In this document: one piece after another, positions 38,841 through 47,809 of the stretch
Layout of the letters: the number at the start of each line of letters is the position of its first letter
How positions within the stretch are numbered: the first letter of the stretch is position 1
NCBI GenBank assembly: GCA_002457155.1
Contig: NTJS01000001.1
Location: forward strand, 2,534 to 66,533
DNA from: Marine Group II euryarchaeote MED-G35
GTDB lineage: Archaea; Thermoplasmatota; Poseidoniia; Poseidoniales; Thalassarchaeaceae
Length of the DNA: 64,000 bases
Direction of reading: 5' to 3'
Program-made: the position numbers and the translations under genes
The notes under the pieces: generated by a model
Told to the model about the DNA's origin: nothing
The model's input: the letters and a program-made list of their open reading frames with translations, nothing else
Databases searched by the model: none

Positions 38841-39659
38841 CTAGCCGTACATCCCAGTCGAGGACCCGTCGGATTCCTGTGGCGGGTTGAGATGGAGCGC
38901 CATCATCTCCCTGATCTGCCCCTCTATCCTCTGGGCCTCCTCCATCAGTGGCTCGGGATCAAGTTGAACGGCGGGTAGGAGACCATCCAGGCAACCGATG
39001 ATTCTCGCGGCAGCCCGCGCATCTGGGATGGTTCCTTGACCGATCTCGCCATCGGATTCGGCGAGTATGGCCAATGCATCAATGCCCCTCCTCCTGCATT
39101 CCCCCATCATCACGCCGGTCATTCCACTCACAACCCCCTGCTTCAGGAGCGGAACTCCGATTCCCTTCAGCAATTCGTGCGTGGAGTCGGTAGACCCTAT
39201 TCCAAGCATTGAATCCATCCCCTCGTCCTCATCGAAAATGCTGTGGCTACTTTCTATCCCATGGGCGAATGAGTCTACCATTATCGTGGAACTGACACCA
39301 GAATCCACCAGCCAATCAATTAGGCTAGACGAGAGAGGGAGACTCAACTCCGGTGGAATCTGGATCTCCGAGGCAATCAGAACGACCTTGTCGCACTGTT
39401 CCATATTGCATATAGGCTCGCCGGCATAGAACCTCAGTGGAGGAAGCGGCTTGCCGTCTTGGACTAGGCATACTGGTGGGAGATTAGGATGCCTCACTCC
39501 CCCAACCAACTCCAACTCGAGCTTTTCGACCAAGAAGTGCGCGACTATGCTGCTGACGAATCCAACCGAGGGAAAACAACTCACCAGAAGGGCACCAGAA
39601 GAATTCACACCTTCGTTTACCTCGACAAGTGGTGCCTCCGCCATGATTCTACAATCCAC
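38841..39659 (-). CDS. PAC2-family (proteasome assembly chaperone-like, COG1938) protein
   Basis: 'GALLVSCFPSVGFVSSIVAHFLVEKLEL' and '...VVLIASEIQIPPE' fit the PAC2 fold signature of archaeal COG1938 proteins. Assignment is by motif resemblance only. Confidence 0.5.
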   Translation of the reverse strand: MDCRIMAEAPLVEVNEGVNSSGALLVSCFPSVGFVSSIVAHFLVEKLELELVGGVRHPNLPPVCLVQDGKPLPPLRFYAGEPICNMEQCDKVVLIASEIQIPPELSLPLSSSLIDWLVDSGVSSTIMVDSFAHGIESSHSIFDEDEGMDSMLGIGSTDSTHELLKGIGVPLLKQGVVSGMTGVMMGECRRRGIDALAILAESDGEIGQGTIPDARAAARIIGCLDGLLPAVQLDPEPLMEEAQRIEGQIREMMALHLNPPQESDGSSTGMYG

Positions 39660-39715
39660 TCAATGGTGTTAATCGTTCCCACCCCCCCGCCTCAATTCTG
39701 CAGGACACGTATAGA

Positions 39716-40867
39716 ATGACCACCGTCCAGGATTACCAGATTTCTCCGTCTTCGTGGAACCGGTTCGAGGAGTGTCCAAGGAAATACTGGCTCTCTCGTC
39801 AAGGCCTCCCTAGAAAGGCAGGCATGGCTGCTTCATTGGGCACAGCAATTCACAACTCCGTGGAGGATTTGTGCAATCTGGAAATTTCAGACAGGGATGG
39901 GGGGGAAGTGGGATGGCTACAGTCCACGGCTCGAGAAGTCCTCGAAAGGAACTGGAAGGCAGAGAGGCAGGAGTTCATGGGAACCCCAAGGCATCCAAGG
40001 TGGAAACATGAGATGTTTAGCAAGGCCCACGAAGGCCTAATCGGTGCCCTGGGCTTCCTCTTTGAGAAGGCTGGATTGTCAAAACGGGATCTTTCGGAGG
40101 TTCCGATCCAGGTCTGGAGGCAAGTCCAGTCCATCGTTCTCGCAACGGAGGCCACCCTGGAGTCAGATTGTGGCAGGCTGATGGGCAGGCTCGACCTATT
40201 GATCCTTGATCCCGCCTCTAGGGAGGAGGAAGTCGGTTGGATAGTTGCAGACCTCAAGACCGGAAGGCCACCGAGATCAGGACTCGACGAGAAGGTCACA
40301 AGGCAGTTGCTATTCTACAGGGACCTAATGAAGCAGAGGAGCCCAGAACAAAAATCGATAATCGCAGAGGGATGGTACTCCTCGAACGAGACAATCTACG
40401 TTGCAGACGGCCCTTCCATTTTGGAGGAGGCATTCGATGCATGGGAGTCGATGAAGGTCACTGAGGACCCGTTTCAAGCTACCCCCAGTGAATCCGCTTG
40501 CTCATTTTGCGATTGGAAGGCATGGTGCCCAGATTGGTGGGCCTCCCGCAGCGAAGGCCTACTTGATGGAGGGGGGACTTTCAGAGACGAAGTAACCAAG
40601 CTCGTGAGGCTCGACCACGATTCAGGAGCTGCACTTTTCGAACGAACCACGCCCATTGATCACGAAGGATCACTTACCGGTTCCGACTATAGATTCGGTG
40701 CTATACTCAAGGGACAGGCACTTGAGCAAATTAGGCAGATTGAGCAGGATGAATCAGAAGGGTTCCTGTTTCTAGGAAGCGTCAGAGTCGATGGCAAGAT
40801 AGTCCACATGGGGGACTGGTCTGAGGTCCTCCAATGGTCTCCTCTCCTAAAGTCGACTTCCGATTGA
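39716..40867 (+). CDS. PD-(D/E)xK nuclease of the Cas4/RecB family with 4Fe-4S Cys cluster, plus a roughly 110-aa C-terminal domain of unknown function
   Basis: N-terminal 'FEECPRKYWL' (first Cys). 'GRLDLLILD' and 'GWIVADLKTGRP' (D...D/E-x-K). 'TRQLLFYRDLM' (QhxxY). C-terminal 'CSFCDWKAWC' (CxxC...C). The tail has no recognisable motif. Confidence 0.65.
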   Translation: MTTVQDYQISPSSWNRFEECPRKYWLSRQGLPRKAGMAASLGTAIHNSVEDLCNLEISDRDGGEVGWLQSTAREVLERNWKAERQEFMGTPRHPRWKHEMFSKAHEGLIGALGFLFEKAGLSKRDLSEVPIQVWRQVQSIVLATEATLESDCGRLMGRLDLLILDPASREEEVGWIVADLKTGRPPRSGLDEKVTRQLLFYRDLMKQRSPEQKSIIAEGWYSSNETIYVADGPSILEEAFDAWESMKVTEDPFQATPSESACSFCDWKAWCPDWWASRSEGLLDGGGTFRDEVTKLVRLDHDSGAALFERTTPIDHEGSLTGSDYRFGAILKGQALEQIRQIEQDESEGFLFLGSVRVDGKIVHMGDWSEVLQWSPLLKSTSD

Positions 40868-41431
40868 GTCCAGCACTTCTTCTACGGATCCCTTGAATTT
40901 CTCCGGATACTCCCTCATGAACTTCCACAGCAGAAGGAGAGTTGCCCCTGCATCAGCATCCGCATTGTGGGATCTTTCCAACCCTATCCCGAACCTCTTG
41001 CAAAGCAATCCGAGCTTGTGCCGGCCGGGAACATCGAAACTCCTAGCAAGAACCAACGTATCGACAATCGCCAGTGGTACGGGGGCCTCTCTGCCAATCC
41101 TGATACATTCCATTTCCACGAACCTCCAATCGAATGCCAAAACATTGTGCCCCACAATGACAGCACCATCCATCAGATCACTCATTGAACCGATATGTTC
41201 TTCGAAACTTCCTGCTCCACGAACGTCGTCATTGAAAATCCCATGCACTTTGCTCGACTCACTTGGAATCCTGCATCCTGGATCGACCAATGAATTAAGA
41301 TTCAAATGAGAACCATCAGAATCACTACCCACCAACGCGAATTGCACCACCCTATCCTCCCTGGGGTTGAATCCCGTAGTCTCTAAATCGAATCCAAGAA
41401 CCCTCAAGCCATCCAGAATTCCCGAATCCAC
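40847..41431 (-). CDS. DnaQ-like 3'-5' exonuclease (DEDDh family)
   Basis: Exo I 'VLGFDLETTGF', Exo II 'AVIVGHNVLAFD', Exo III 'HNADADAGA'. Its 3' end overlaps the nuclease gene above by 21 bp (convergent). Confidence 0.8.
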   Translation of the reverse strand: MDSGILDGLRVLGFDLETTGFNPREDRVVQFALVGSDSDGSHLNLNSLVDPGCRIPSESSKVHGIFNDDVRGAGSFEEHIGSMSDLMDGAVIVGHNVLAFDWRFVEMECIRIGREAPVPLAIVDTLVLARSFDVPGRHKLGLLCKRFGIGLERSHNADADAGATLLLLWKFMREYPEKFKGSVEEVLDSIGSRL

Positions 41432-41503
41432 GACTACTCCCTCTCGCCATCGTGCATGAACCCTACCAAACGACCACTCTCGTCAACAAAGCCCAACACC
41501 CAT

Positions 41504-42700
41504 ATGAGGGGGGCTCACCTTTCTCGTTCCATGGAAGAGGGCGGGCGAAGGGCCTCAGCACTTCTGATTCTACTAATGCTGACCCAATCCCTTGCCGGCT
41601 GCGGGGGGATTGGTCCCGGTAGCCCGAATGCGAGCCTCACCTCGGATAGAGACATGGTTAACTCCGGAGAGTCGGTAAACTTCGATGCGCGCTCTTCCAC
41701 TACCCCCGAGCCGACAATTATTGACGAATACAGGTGGAACTTCGGGGACGGTGAGACGAAGACGACAAAGCAGGGGGTAATCAGCCATCTTTTCGAAAAG
41801 GCAGGGGTCTTCGAGGTAAGAGTGGAGGTCTTCAACGATAACGGCGACTCCGATTCGGCCACCATCACAATCTTCGTCAACGCAATTCCTGAGATCATCC
41901 TAGATCTCCCCGACTTCGTGAAAACCGGTCAGGAGGCCAGGCTAGATGCTAGCTCTTCTTTCGATCCAGAGGGAGGGGGAGTCGACGTCGTCTGGGATTT
42001 CGATGCGAGCACAGACTCAGATGGAGACAGCGACCCCCTAAATGACGAAGACGGTAGCGGGGCGGTGACGCTCCTCACTGTCGCCTCGGCAGGGAACATC
42101 ACTGGTTCTGTTACGGTTATCGATGACAGTGGTGGGACAAACACCACCCTCTGGTCACTGCGCGTAATCTCCCGCTCCTTCCGAATCGTTTGGGAGGAGG
42201 TTCATGTCGACTACGACTGGTCAGGGTACCTCGAGCAAGGGGATTCCCATGAGATCCAGTTCCAGCCGGGCGACGGAGCTAGGCTGATTGACTTCACAGC
42301 GACCTTGTCACTAGCTCGTGACATCCTGCCGATAATGTGGCCCGAGGACAACTTCACCCTCGAGGTCGACAACCCCTCGTCAGGATGGTCATATAGCGTC
42401 GCTACCGCTCAAGAAAACATCACCCAGAACTCCTCAGCGACGATCGAGAGGAGCGAGATGAACCCCCTGCCACAATCAGATTACACAGTGTATGCCGACT
42501 CGAAGGAAGCGCTGGAGGAATCACTACTCAGTGACCCCGATGGACGATTCGGACAGGGTGACTGGTTCTGGATAATCACGGCTTTGGAATGCGATCCCGA
42601 CACACCAGTGGACGGGGTGGATCCCGATCAGGGCAATGACTGGACATTGGAAGCGCAATTCGTGGTTCTAGTGCTGAGGGTCAGCGAAGTGAGCGTCTGA
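41504..42700 (+). CDS. secreted lipoprotein with two PKD domains
   Basis: Signal plus lipobox 'ASALLILLMLTQSLAGCGG'. PKD signature 'VNFDARSS...YRWNFGDGETKTT...FEVRVEVFNDNGDSDSATITIFV'. A second copy begins 'ARLDASSSFDPEGGGVDVVWDFD'. Confidence 0.65.
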   Translation: MRGAHLSRSMEEGGRRASALLILLMLTQSLAGCGGIGPGSPNASLTSDRDMVNSGESVNFDARSSTTPEPTIIDEYRWNFGDGETKTTKQGVISHLFEKAGVFEVRVEVFNDNGDSDSATITIFVNAIPEIILDLPDFVKTGQEARLDASSSFDPEGGGVDVVWDFDASTDSDGDSDPLNDEDGSGAVTLLTVASAGNITGSVTVIDDSGGTNTTLWSLRVISRSFRIVWEEVHVDYDWSGYLEQGDSHEIQFQPGDGARLIDFTATLSLARDILPIMWPEDNFTLEVDNPSSGWSYSVATAQENITQNSSATIERSEMNPLPQSDYTVYADSKEALEESLLSDPDGRFGQGDWFWIITALECDPDTPVDGVDPDQGNDWTLEAQFVVLVLRVSEVSV

Positions 42701-42746
42701 AACCCTTTGAGCGAAGACCTTTCAACCATCACTCTCTGGCCGTGAC

Positions 42747-43097
42747 GTGGCAAAGTCGTTCGAGATAACCAAGGTGTCCATCCGCGACCGACTGGTCGTA
42801 GACGCAAAGGTGAGCATGAACGACCCACAAGACTTCGACTTCACTCCTAGGGTCAGTCTGTCGGGCACAACTCTCAGCCTGGTAAACGATTCGGGAGACC
42901 CATCCTCCACCTTCGAGCTTGACTCCGAGCAGGCCACTACCGCGGAGAGGGACAGGATGGTGGAACTAAGGGTCAAGTTCAGCGTCGAGGGGATGCATGG
43001 GGTCCTCACGCACAAGACCCCCCAGCCGATGACGGGGCCAAAGTCGAAGAAACTCGCACAACCTAGTTGGAAGACGCTCCTACCCCTATCGATGTGA
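42747..43097 (+). CDS. hypothetical small protein (GTG start)
   Basis: 116-aa ORF between the PKD lipoprotein gene and tRNA-Arg. No motifs, so the call rests on coding-strand continuity only. Confidence 0.3.
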   Translation: MAKSFEITKVSIRDRLVVDAKVSMNDPQDFDFTPRVSLSGTTLSLVNDSGDPSSTFELDSEQATTAERDRMVELRVKFSVEGMHGVLTHKTPQPMTGPKSKKLAQPSWKTLLPLSM

Positions 43098-43143
43098 TTC
43101 CAACCGTCGGGATTAAGCCGGACCCTACCGTCCAAAAGTCGCT

Positions 43144-43220
43144 GGACCCATAGTGTAGCCTGGATATCACATGAGCTTGCGGAGCTTGTAACCCGTGTTC
43201 GAATCGCGGTGGGTCCGCCA
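43144..43220 (+). tRNA. tRNA-Arg (anticodon GCG), CCA encoded
   Basis: Manually folded. Acceptor GGACCCA/TGGGTCC. Anticodon stem TGAGC/GCTTG with loop TT-GCG-GA. T-arm CCGTG-TTCGAAT-CGCGG. Discriminator G followed by CCA. Confidence 0.8.
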
Positions 43221-43277
43221 AATAGCATCAGTGGAATCCGGGAATAAGTCAATTAGATTCCTCCTATCTCGAAGCAC

Positions 43278-44720
43278 ATGAATAGAGGAACGACAGTTCT
43301 GATAGTACTAATGATGATTGCAGTGTCCCTTGCAGGATGTACCGGAACCGCTGACCTGGAGGAGAAGGTATCCGATCTGGAGGCAGCATCCGAGGTCGAC
43401 CAGGCCACGATATTAGGGCTCGAGGCAGCGTCAACAGCCGACGCATCCACGATTTCGGCCTTGCAGGGGCAAGTCTCATCTCTCGAGGACCAGATAGCCG
43501 CTAATGGCAACGTGACCCAGCTCGAGGAATACAATTCCCAGTTGATATCGAACAACGCGCAACTGGTCATACAGGTGGACGGACTCAAGGCCGAACTCGA
43601 CAACAGCCCAACATGGGAAGACGTCGATGATGCATACCAGCAGGGCCTACTGGCCAGCGGTGATACCAGCACTCTTGATGTAATACTCGACAGGGGATCC
43701 ATGAAGTGCGGGGTGAAGGAGTCCCAGTACGGAATGGGATACCTGGACTCGGCCACGGGCGTGCGCTCGGGACTGGACATCTCGTACTGCCGTGCCCTGG
43801 CCGCGGCCATCGGACTCGACCCCAACACGGACGTGGAGTACATACCCGCATCCGGATCGGACAGGTTCGAGAAGTTGGCATCGGGAGTCATAGACGTTCT
43901 GATCCGCACCACGACCTGGACCACCAGCCGTGACGCGGACCTGAACGCCGACTTCGCTGGAATGAACTTCTTCGACGGGCAGGGCATCCTGGTCCGCGAG
44001 GACAGGTTCGCTGCAGCTGCTGCAGGAAACTCGGCTACTGCACTGGACAACGCGAACATCTGCGTCGGGATTGGTACCACTACCGAGGGCAACATGCAGG
44101 ACTGGTTCTCCTCCAGGGAGATCGACTTCACGTCCGTGCCCGTAGGCGACGCCGCTGAGGCGACTGCCAAGTTCATCGACGGATCATGCGACGCCTTCAC
44201 CGGAGACATGTCGGCCATGGTTGCCAAGAAGTGGCAGCTTGACACCGACGGCTCGATGGGCGGAGTGGACATCTGGATCGCCTCCGAGCTGATGTCCAAG
44301 GAGCCCCTAGGCGCGGCAACCCGCGACCACGACTCAGAGTGGAACGAGGTCGTGGCATGGGTCTGGTACGGGATGGTAACCGCGGAGGAGATGGGCGTGA
44401 CGTCAGGTAACTACGCGGCAAAGGCAACAGAGGCCTGTGCCTCCAACGGCGGAGGACAAAACGACCCAGGGATGTGCCGCCTTCTGACCGAGAACCTCGG
44501 TCTTGGAACCACCACCAACCCGCTTGCTGGAACTTGGATGCAGGCAGTCTTAGGCGCTGCCGGCAATTACGGCGAGGCGTACGATGACGCCTTCTGCGCT
44601 GGAGACTACGACGGAACCAGCGGATCGGCAGCCATGAACGACTGCCTGATCTCGCGCGCTGGTACGCTGAACGCCCTCGTCTCAGAGGGTGGCATCCAGT
44701 ACGCACCCCCGATGCGCTGA
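43278..44720 (+). CDS. lipoprotein: N-terminal coiled-coil/low-complexity linker fused to a polar amino-acid ABC-transporter substrate-binding domain (SBP family 3, AapJ/BztA-like)
   Basis: Lipobox 'IAVSLAGCTG', followed by an Ala/Ser/Glu-rich coiled coil. The PBP2 core is 'LDVILDRGSMKCGVKESQYGMGYLDSATG...DISYCRALAAAIGLD...EYIPASGSDRFEKLASGVIDVLIRTTTWTTSRDADLN'. No cognate permease or ATPase lies adjacent. Confidence 0.75.
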   Translation: MNRGTTVLIVLMMIAVSLAGCTGTADLEEKVSDLEAASEVDQATILGLEAASTADASTISALQGQVSSLEDQIAANGNVTQLEEYNSQLISNNAQLVIQVDGLKAELDNSPTWEDVDDAYQQGLLASGDTSTLDVILDRGSMKCGVKESQYGMGYLDSATGVRSGLDISYCRALAAAIGLDPNTDVEYIPASGSDRFEKLASGVIDVLIRTTTWTTSRDADLNADFAGMNFFDGQGILVREDRFAAAAAGNSATALDNANICVGIGTTTEGNMQDWFSSREIDFTSVPVGDAAEATAKFIDGSCDAFTGDMSAMVAKKWQLDTDGSMGGVDIWIASELMSKEPLGAATRDHDSEWNEVVAWVWYGMVTAEEMGVTSGNYAAKATEACASNGGGQNDPGMCRLLTENLGLGTTTNPLAGTWMQAVLGAAGNYGEAYDDAFCAGDYDGTSGSAAMNDCLISRAGTLNALVSEGGIQYAPPMR

Positions 44721-44784
44721 TTGCCAGAGCCACACCGTTCCACCGGTCGACCGGTTCAATAGTGGGCGTACCCGGGCGGATGCA

Positions 44785-44861
44785 GGACCCATAGTGTAGC
44801 CTGGATATCACTCTAGCCTCCGGAGCTGGAAACCCGTGTTCGAATCGCGGTGGGTCCGCCA
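44785..44861 (+). tRNA. tRNA-Arg (anticodon CCG), CCA encoded
   Basis: Identical to the tRNA-Arg(GCG) at 43144 except for the 19-nt anticodon arm (stem CTAGC/GCTGG, loop CT-CCG-GA). Confidence 0.8.
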
Positions 44862-44909
44862 CAATACCTCACAGGTTAGGTTCAAGCCAAATTCCACTCA
44901 CGGGAGAGC

Positions 44910-45329
44910 ATGGCATTCGTCTCGCAGAGGAGAGTCGACTTTCCAATGGTAGACTTGGCCAGAATTGTCTACTATCCAAGATTCTGGGACATGGCCCACC
45001 GATTCTACGAGGAGTCCTGGGAGTTCTCGTGCGGGATGCACTACAACGAGATATTGTCTTCCCACAATATCGCGTTCCCCCTGGTGCATAGCGAGGCTCA
45101 GTTTGCCCATCCCATTTCTTATGGTGACACGGTGCATTGCACGATCACCGTTCCCAGAATCGGAAAGACATCCATTCATTGGCACTACGAGTTCCGAAAC
45201 CAGGGGGGGACTCTCTGCTGGACGGCAGACCAGGTTACCGTGTGCACTGACATGCGAGAGGTCAAGTCAAAGTTGGAGGTCCCAGATTGGATGAGGGAAG
45301 GGCTAGCTAAGATGAGCCCAGAGCCCTAA
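44910..45329 (+). CDS. hotdog-fold acyl-CoA thioesterase (4HBT/YbgC family)
   Basis: 'VDLARIVYYPRFWDMAHRFYEESW' corresponds to the DxxGHVNNARY region. The length (139 aa) and central helix pattern are typical. Confidence 0.7.
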   Translation: MAFVSQRRVDFPMVDLARIVYYPRFWDMAHRFYEESWEFSCGMHYNEILSSHNIAFPLVHSEAQFAHPISYGDTVHCTITVPRIGKTSIHWHYEFRNQGGTLCWTADQVTVCTDMREVKSKLEVPDWMREGLAKMSPEP

Positions 45330-45712
45330 TCCTTGGGCCATTTCTTCGATAGCGCCTTCGTTAGGGACTCATCCATGATAGCGTCCCACCAGTTGGCCTC
45401 TCTCCAAACCGCATACTTGCCACGAATCCCTCGCATATCCGCACCATCCAGTTTAGCCCCCTGGAGGTTGGATAATCCCAGACGGGCCTTCACTAGCCTT
45501 GCCCCTCTCAAATCGGCTCCATCAAGTGCAGCCTTCATCAGATTGGCATCACGCAGGGAAGCTTTTCGCAAATCAGCCCCGGATAGATCCGCCCCCTCCA
45601 AATCGGCCCTGTCCAGCCTTGCTCTGCGCAAGTCTGCCCCTGACAGATCCACACCGCGAAGGTCCTCGCCCACATGGGATGTGAAAGACCAGTCCTTGCC
45701 ACCCTCTGCCAT
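45326..45712 (-). CDS. pentapeptide-repeat protein
   Basis: Tandem A(D/N)LxxA(D/N)L units ('GADLRRARLDRADLEGADLSGADLRKASLRDANLMKAALDGADLRGARL...'). Confidence 0.8.
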   Translation of the reverse strand: MAEGGKDWSFTSHVGEDLRGVDLSGADLRRARLDRADLEGADLSGADLRKASLRDANLMKAALDGADLRGARLVKARLGLSNLQGAKLDGADMRGIRGKYAVWREANWWDAIMDESLTKALSKKWPKD

Positions 45713-45716
45713 CCAC

Positions 45717-46268
45717 TCACCTCTTCAATGATAGCTTGTCAAGGTGGTCTCTGCCTGCCTCTGTCAACACAACGTAGGAGTTCTTCCGGGGCCTTCTTCG
45801 GGGGTACTCGAGGAACGCCCCAACTCCTCCCGGGCCCCCTTCCAGCATCCTACCAACGTACAAGGAAACATTCCACTTCTTTACGGATCTTTTCGTCCAA
45901 ATCCCAGTCTCTTCAATCAGCCTCCTGAGCTCCCTGGGGGGAGTCATCCCCTCCCTTTCCACCGATCTCATGTATTGTATCGCGGCCAGAACCACATCTG
46001 ATTTGTTTTCGATACTGCATGAGTTCAGGAGCCTCGCGAATGACGACCCCCTATCGGGGAATCCACTGGCACGAATGGACTCCAGGGTGTTCTCCAAAGC
46101 CTCCTGCCTGGCAATCCTAACTCTAGAAAGAGTGGATGACCAAGTGTCCTGGTTCGTTACCTTCAGCCATCGATCGCTGGCCTCTCTGGTATAGTCTGCC
46201 AGATTGATGTCCTGAGAGCCGAGCTTGAGGAAAAGGCCACCCAATTCATCAGACTTCTTAGCAGGCAC
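45717..46268 (-). CDS. hypothetical protein, possible C-terminal winged helix
   Basis: 183 aa; the C-terminal 'RKNSYVVLTEAGRDHLDKL' resembles a wHTH recognition helix/wing. Lies 4 bp upstream of the pentapeptide gene, suggesting an operon. Confidence 0.45.
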   Translation of the reverse strand: MPAKKSDELGGLFLKLGSQDINLADYTREASDRWLKVTNQDTWSSTLSRVRIARQEALENTLESIRASGFPDRGSSFARLLNSCSIENKSDVVLAAIQYMRSVEREGMTPPRELRRLIEETGIWTKRSVKKWNVSLYVGRMLEGGPGGVGAFLEYPRRRPRKNSYVVLTEAGRDHLDKLSLKR

Positions 46269-46380
46269 GAAGCCCCCTGCAAGGGGGTGCTTATCAGGTT
46301 ATTTTTTCACCTCTTTCCTTTACATTTCACTCAATAGCCACATCCGTGAGATTCAAAGAGCATCCACCCAACGCTGCGTC

Positions 46381-47151
46381 GTGAGCGACGAAACCGACGG
46401 AGGTTACCCACTGGTATTGCACTCGGAGGCAGACCCCTCGCGATTGGGCGGAACAGCAGTTTGCGGCTTCTCCACGGTAGGTTCTGTAGGCGTAATAGCT
46501 ACGTCCCATCTGATCGGCTCCCTGAAATTAAGCCCCATGGGGACAGTGCTGCATCCAAAGTTCCCTGCAGTGGCGCTGATCCACGATTCGGTCCCAAAGC
46601 ACCCGGTCAGAGTATACCAAGGCGATGGGATCGGGGTATTCACCTCCGAGATCCAGTTCACAAGCGAGCACGACATCTACTTCGCCAATACCGTACTGGA
46701 GTGGTTCACAAAGGGAGGATTTGACAGACTAGTCGTGATCGACGGGGTGGTTAGCAATGATTTGGGCATCAAGGAGGATAGCGAGCTCTGGGGGGTCTCC
46801 TCCTCATCGACAGGGCGAGACCAACTAGACAGTTCAAGCATCCAGAGGATCCAGCAGGGAGTGGTGACTGGCATAGCGGGATACCTGATTGCAGAGGGAG
46901 AGAGGAGGGGGTTGGACGTCACGGCCCTTTTGGCAGAGTGCAACCCGATTTACCCCGATGCGAGAGCCGCTCTGATTGCCGTGGAAGGGTTGAGCGAGCT
47001 AGTCGGCATCGAGGTACCGGTCGACGGCCTTCTGGAGGATGCCAGGAACATCGAAGAAAGAGTCCGAGAGGCCTTCGAGAGAGCCCAGTCAACTGCACTC
47101 CCAGCACCAGATTCAGGAGACGACGAAGACGACGTCCCGATGATCTACTGA
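46381..47151 (+). CDS. PAC2-family (COG1938) protein, paralog of 38841..39659
   Basis: 'GGTAVCGFSTVGSVGVIATSHLIGSLKL...VALIHDS' parallels 'GALLVSCFPSVGFVSSIVAHFLVEKLEL' of the other copy. The ORF-track start at 46225 overlaps the opposite-strand gene; a GTG at 46381 matches the alignment start. Confidence 0.45.
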   Translation: MSDETDGGYPLVLHSEADPSRLGGTAVCGFSTVGSVGVIATSHLIGSLKLSPMGTVLHPKFPAVALIHDSVPKHPVRVYQGDGIGVFTSEIQFTSEHDIYFANTVLEWFTKGGFDRLVVIDGVVSNDLGIKEDSELWGVSSSSTGRDQLDSSSIQRIQQGVVTGIAGYLIAEGERRGLDVTALLAECNPIYPDARAALIAVEGLSELVGIEVPVDGLLEDARNIEERVREAFERAQSTALPAPDSGDDEDDVPMIY

Positions 47152-47763
47152 TTAGTAGAATGGGTTGGTGCCAGCATCGTGGTCAGTCATATCGACTACC
47201 GCAGTAATTCCAGGGACCCCCTCGGTGATCATCACCTCGATCCCCTCCTTCAGAGTGACGTCGACCATCCCACATCCTTGGCATCCCCCGCCGAACGCGA
47301 TCATCGCCTTGCCATCATCTACGCCGACAAGATCGACATGCCCACCATGTGATGCTACAAGCGGGTTCACCTGGCTCTCTATGACTTCCGCAACCGACTT
47401 GGACACGTCATCGATCCAGAGCGGATTCGGGTTCTCGAAACTAAACCCACCCCCCATCAGAGTCTCCTTGTAATCTAGAACCGTTCCATCCAGGTAGGGG
47501 GCACTTCTTGCTCCAACGAAAACCGTCAACCCATCTGTCTCGGTCTTGATATCATCCTCTTGCGCATCGTCGAATCCAATCAACTGCAAGTCATACTGGA
47601 AGCCCTTGGGGCCCCTTCCTAGAATCACTATCTTCAGAGCTACCTCATCATCATCGGCCTGCTCGGCGAACTTATCCAGCATCTCCCTCGCCTTGTCAGT
47701 AATCTCCAGCATGCTGTAGGTGGCAGCGAACCCTCGTTCTTCAACCTGTTCTCTTTCAGACAA
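47152..47763 (-). CDS. nfuA: Fe-S cluster carrier NfuA (degenerate A-type N-domain plus Nfu C-domain)
   Basis: Near-colinear with E. coli NfuA: 'ARSAPYLDGTVLDY', 'QVNPLVASHGGHVDLVGV...AMIAFGGGCQGCGMVDVTLKEGIE'. Confidence 0.85.
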   Translation of the reverse strand: MSEREQVEERGFAATYSMLEITDKAREMLDKFAEQADDDEVALKIVILGRGPKGFQYDLQLIGFDDAQEDDIKTETDGLTVFVGARSAPYLDGTVLDYKETLMGGGFSFENPNPLWIDDVSKSVAEVIESQVNPLVASHGGHVDLVGVDDGKAMIAFGGGCQGCGMVDVTLKEGIEVMITEGVPGITAVVDMTDHDAGTNPFY

Positions 47764-47809
47764 ACTAATTCACCTGAGGCCGAACCGAACACACGTGGCA
47801 CTGGACACC

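Noticed and set aside
43253-44862. Antisense ORFs 43253..44299(-) and 44197..44862(-) overlapping the SBP gene and tRNA-Arg
   Set aside because: Arg/Pro/Ser-rich low-complexity translations typical of GC-rich antisense frames. They overlap a well-supported + strand CDS and a tRNA.
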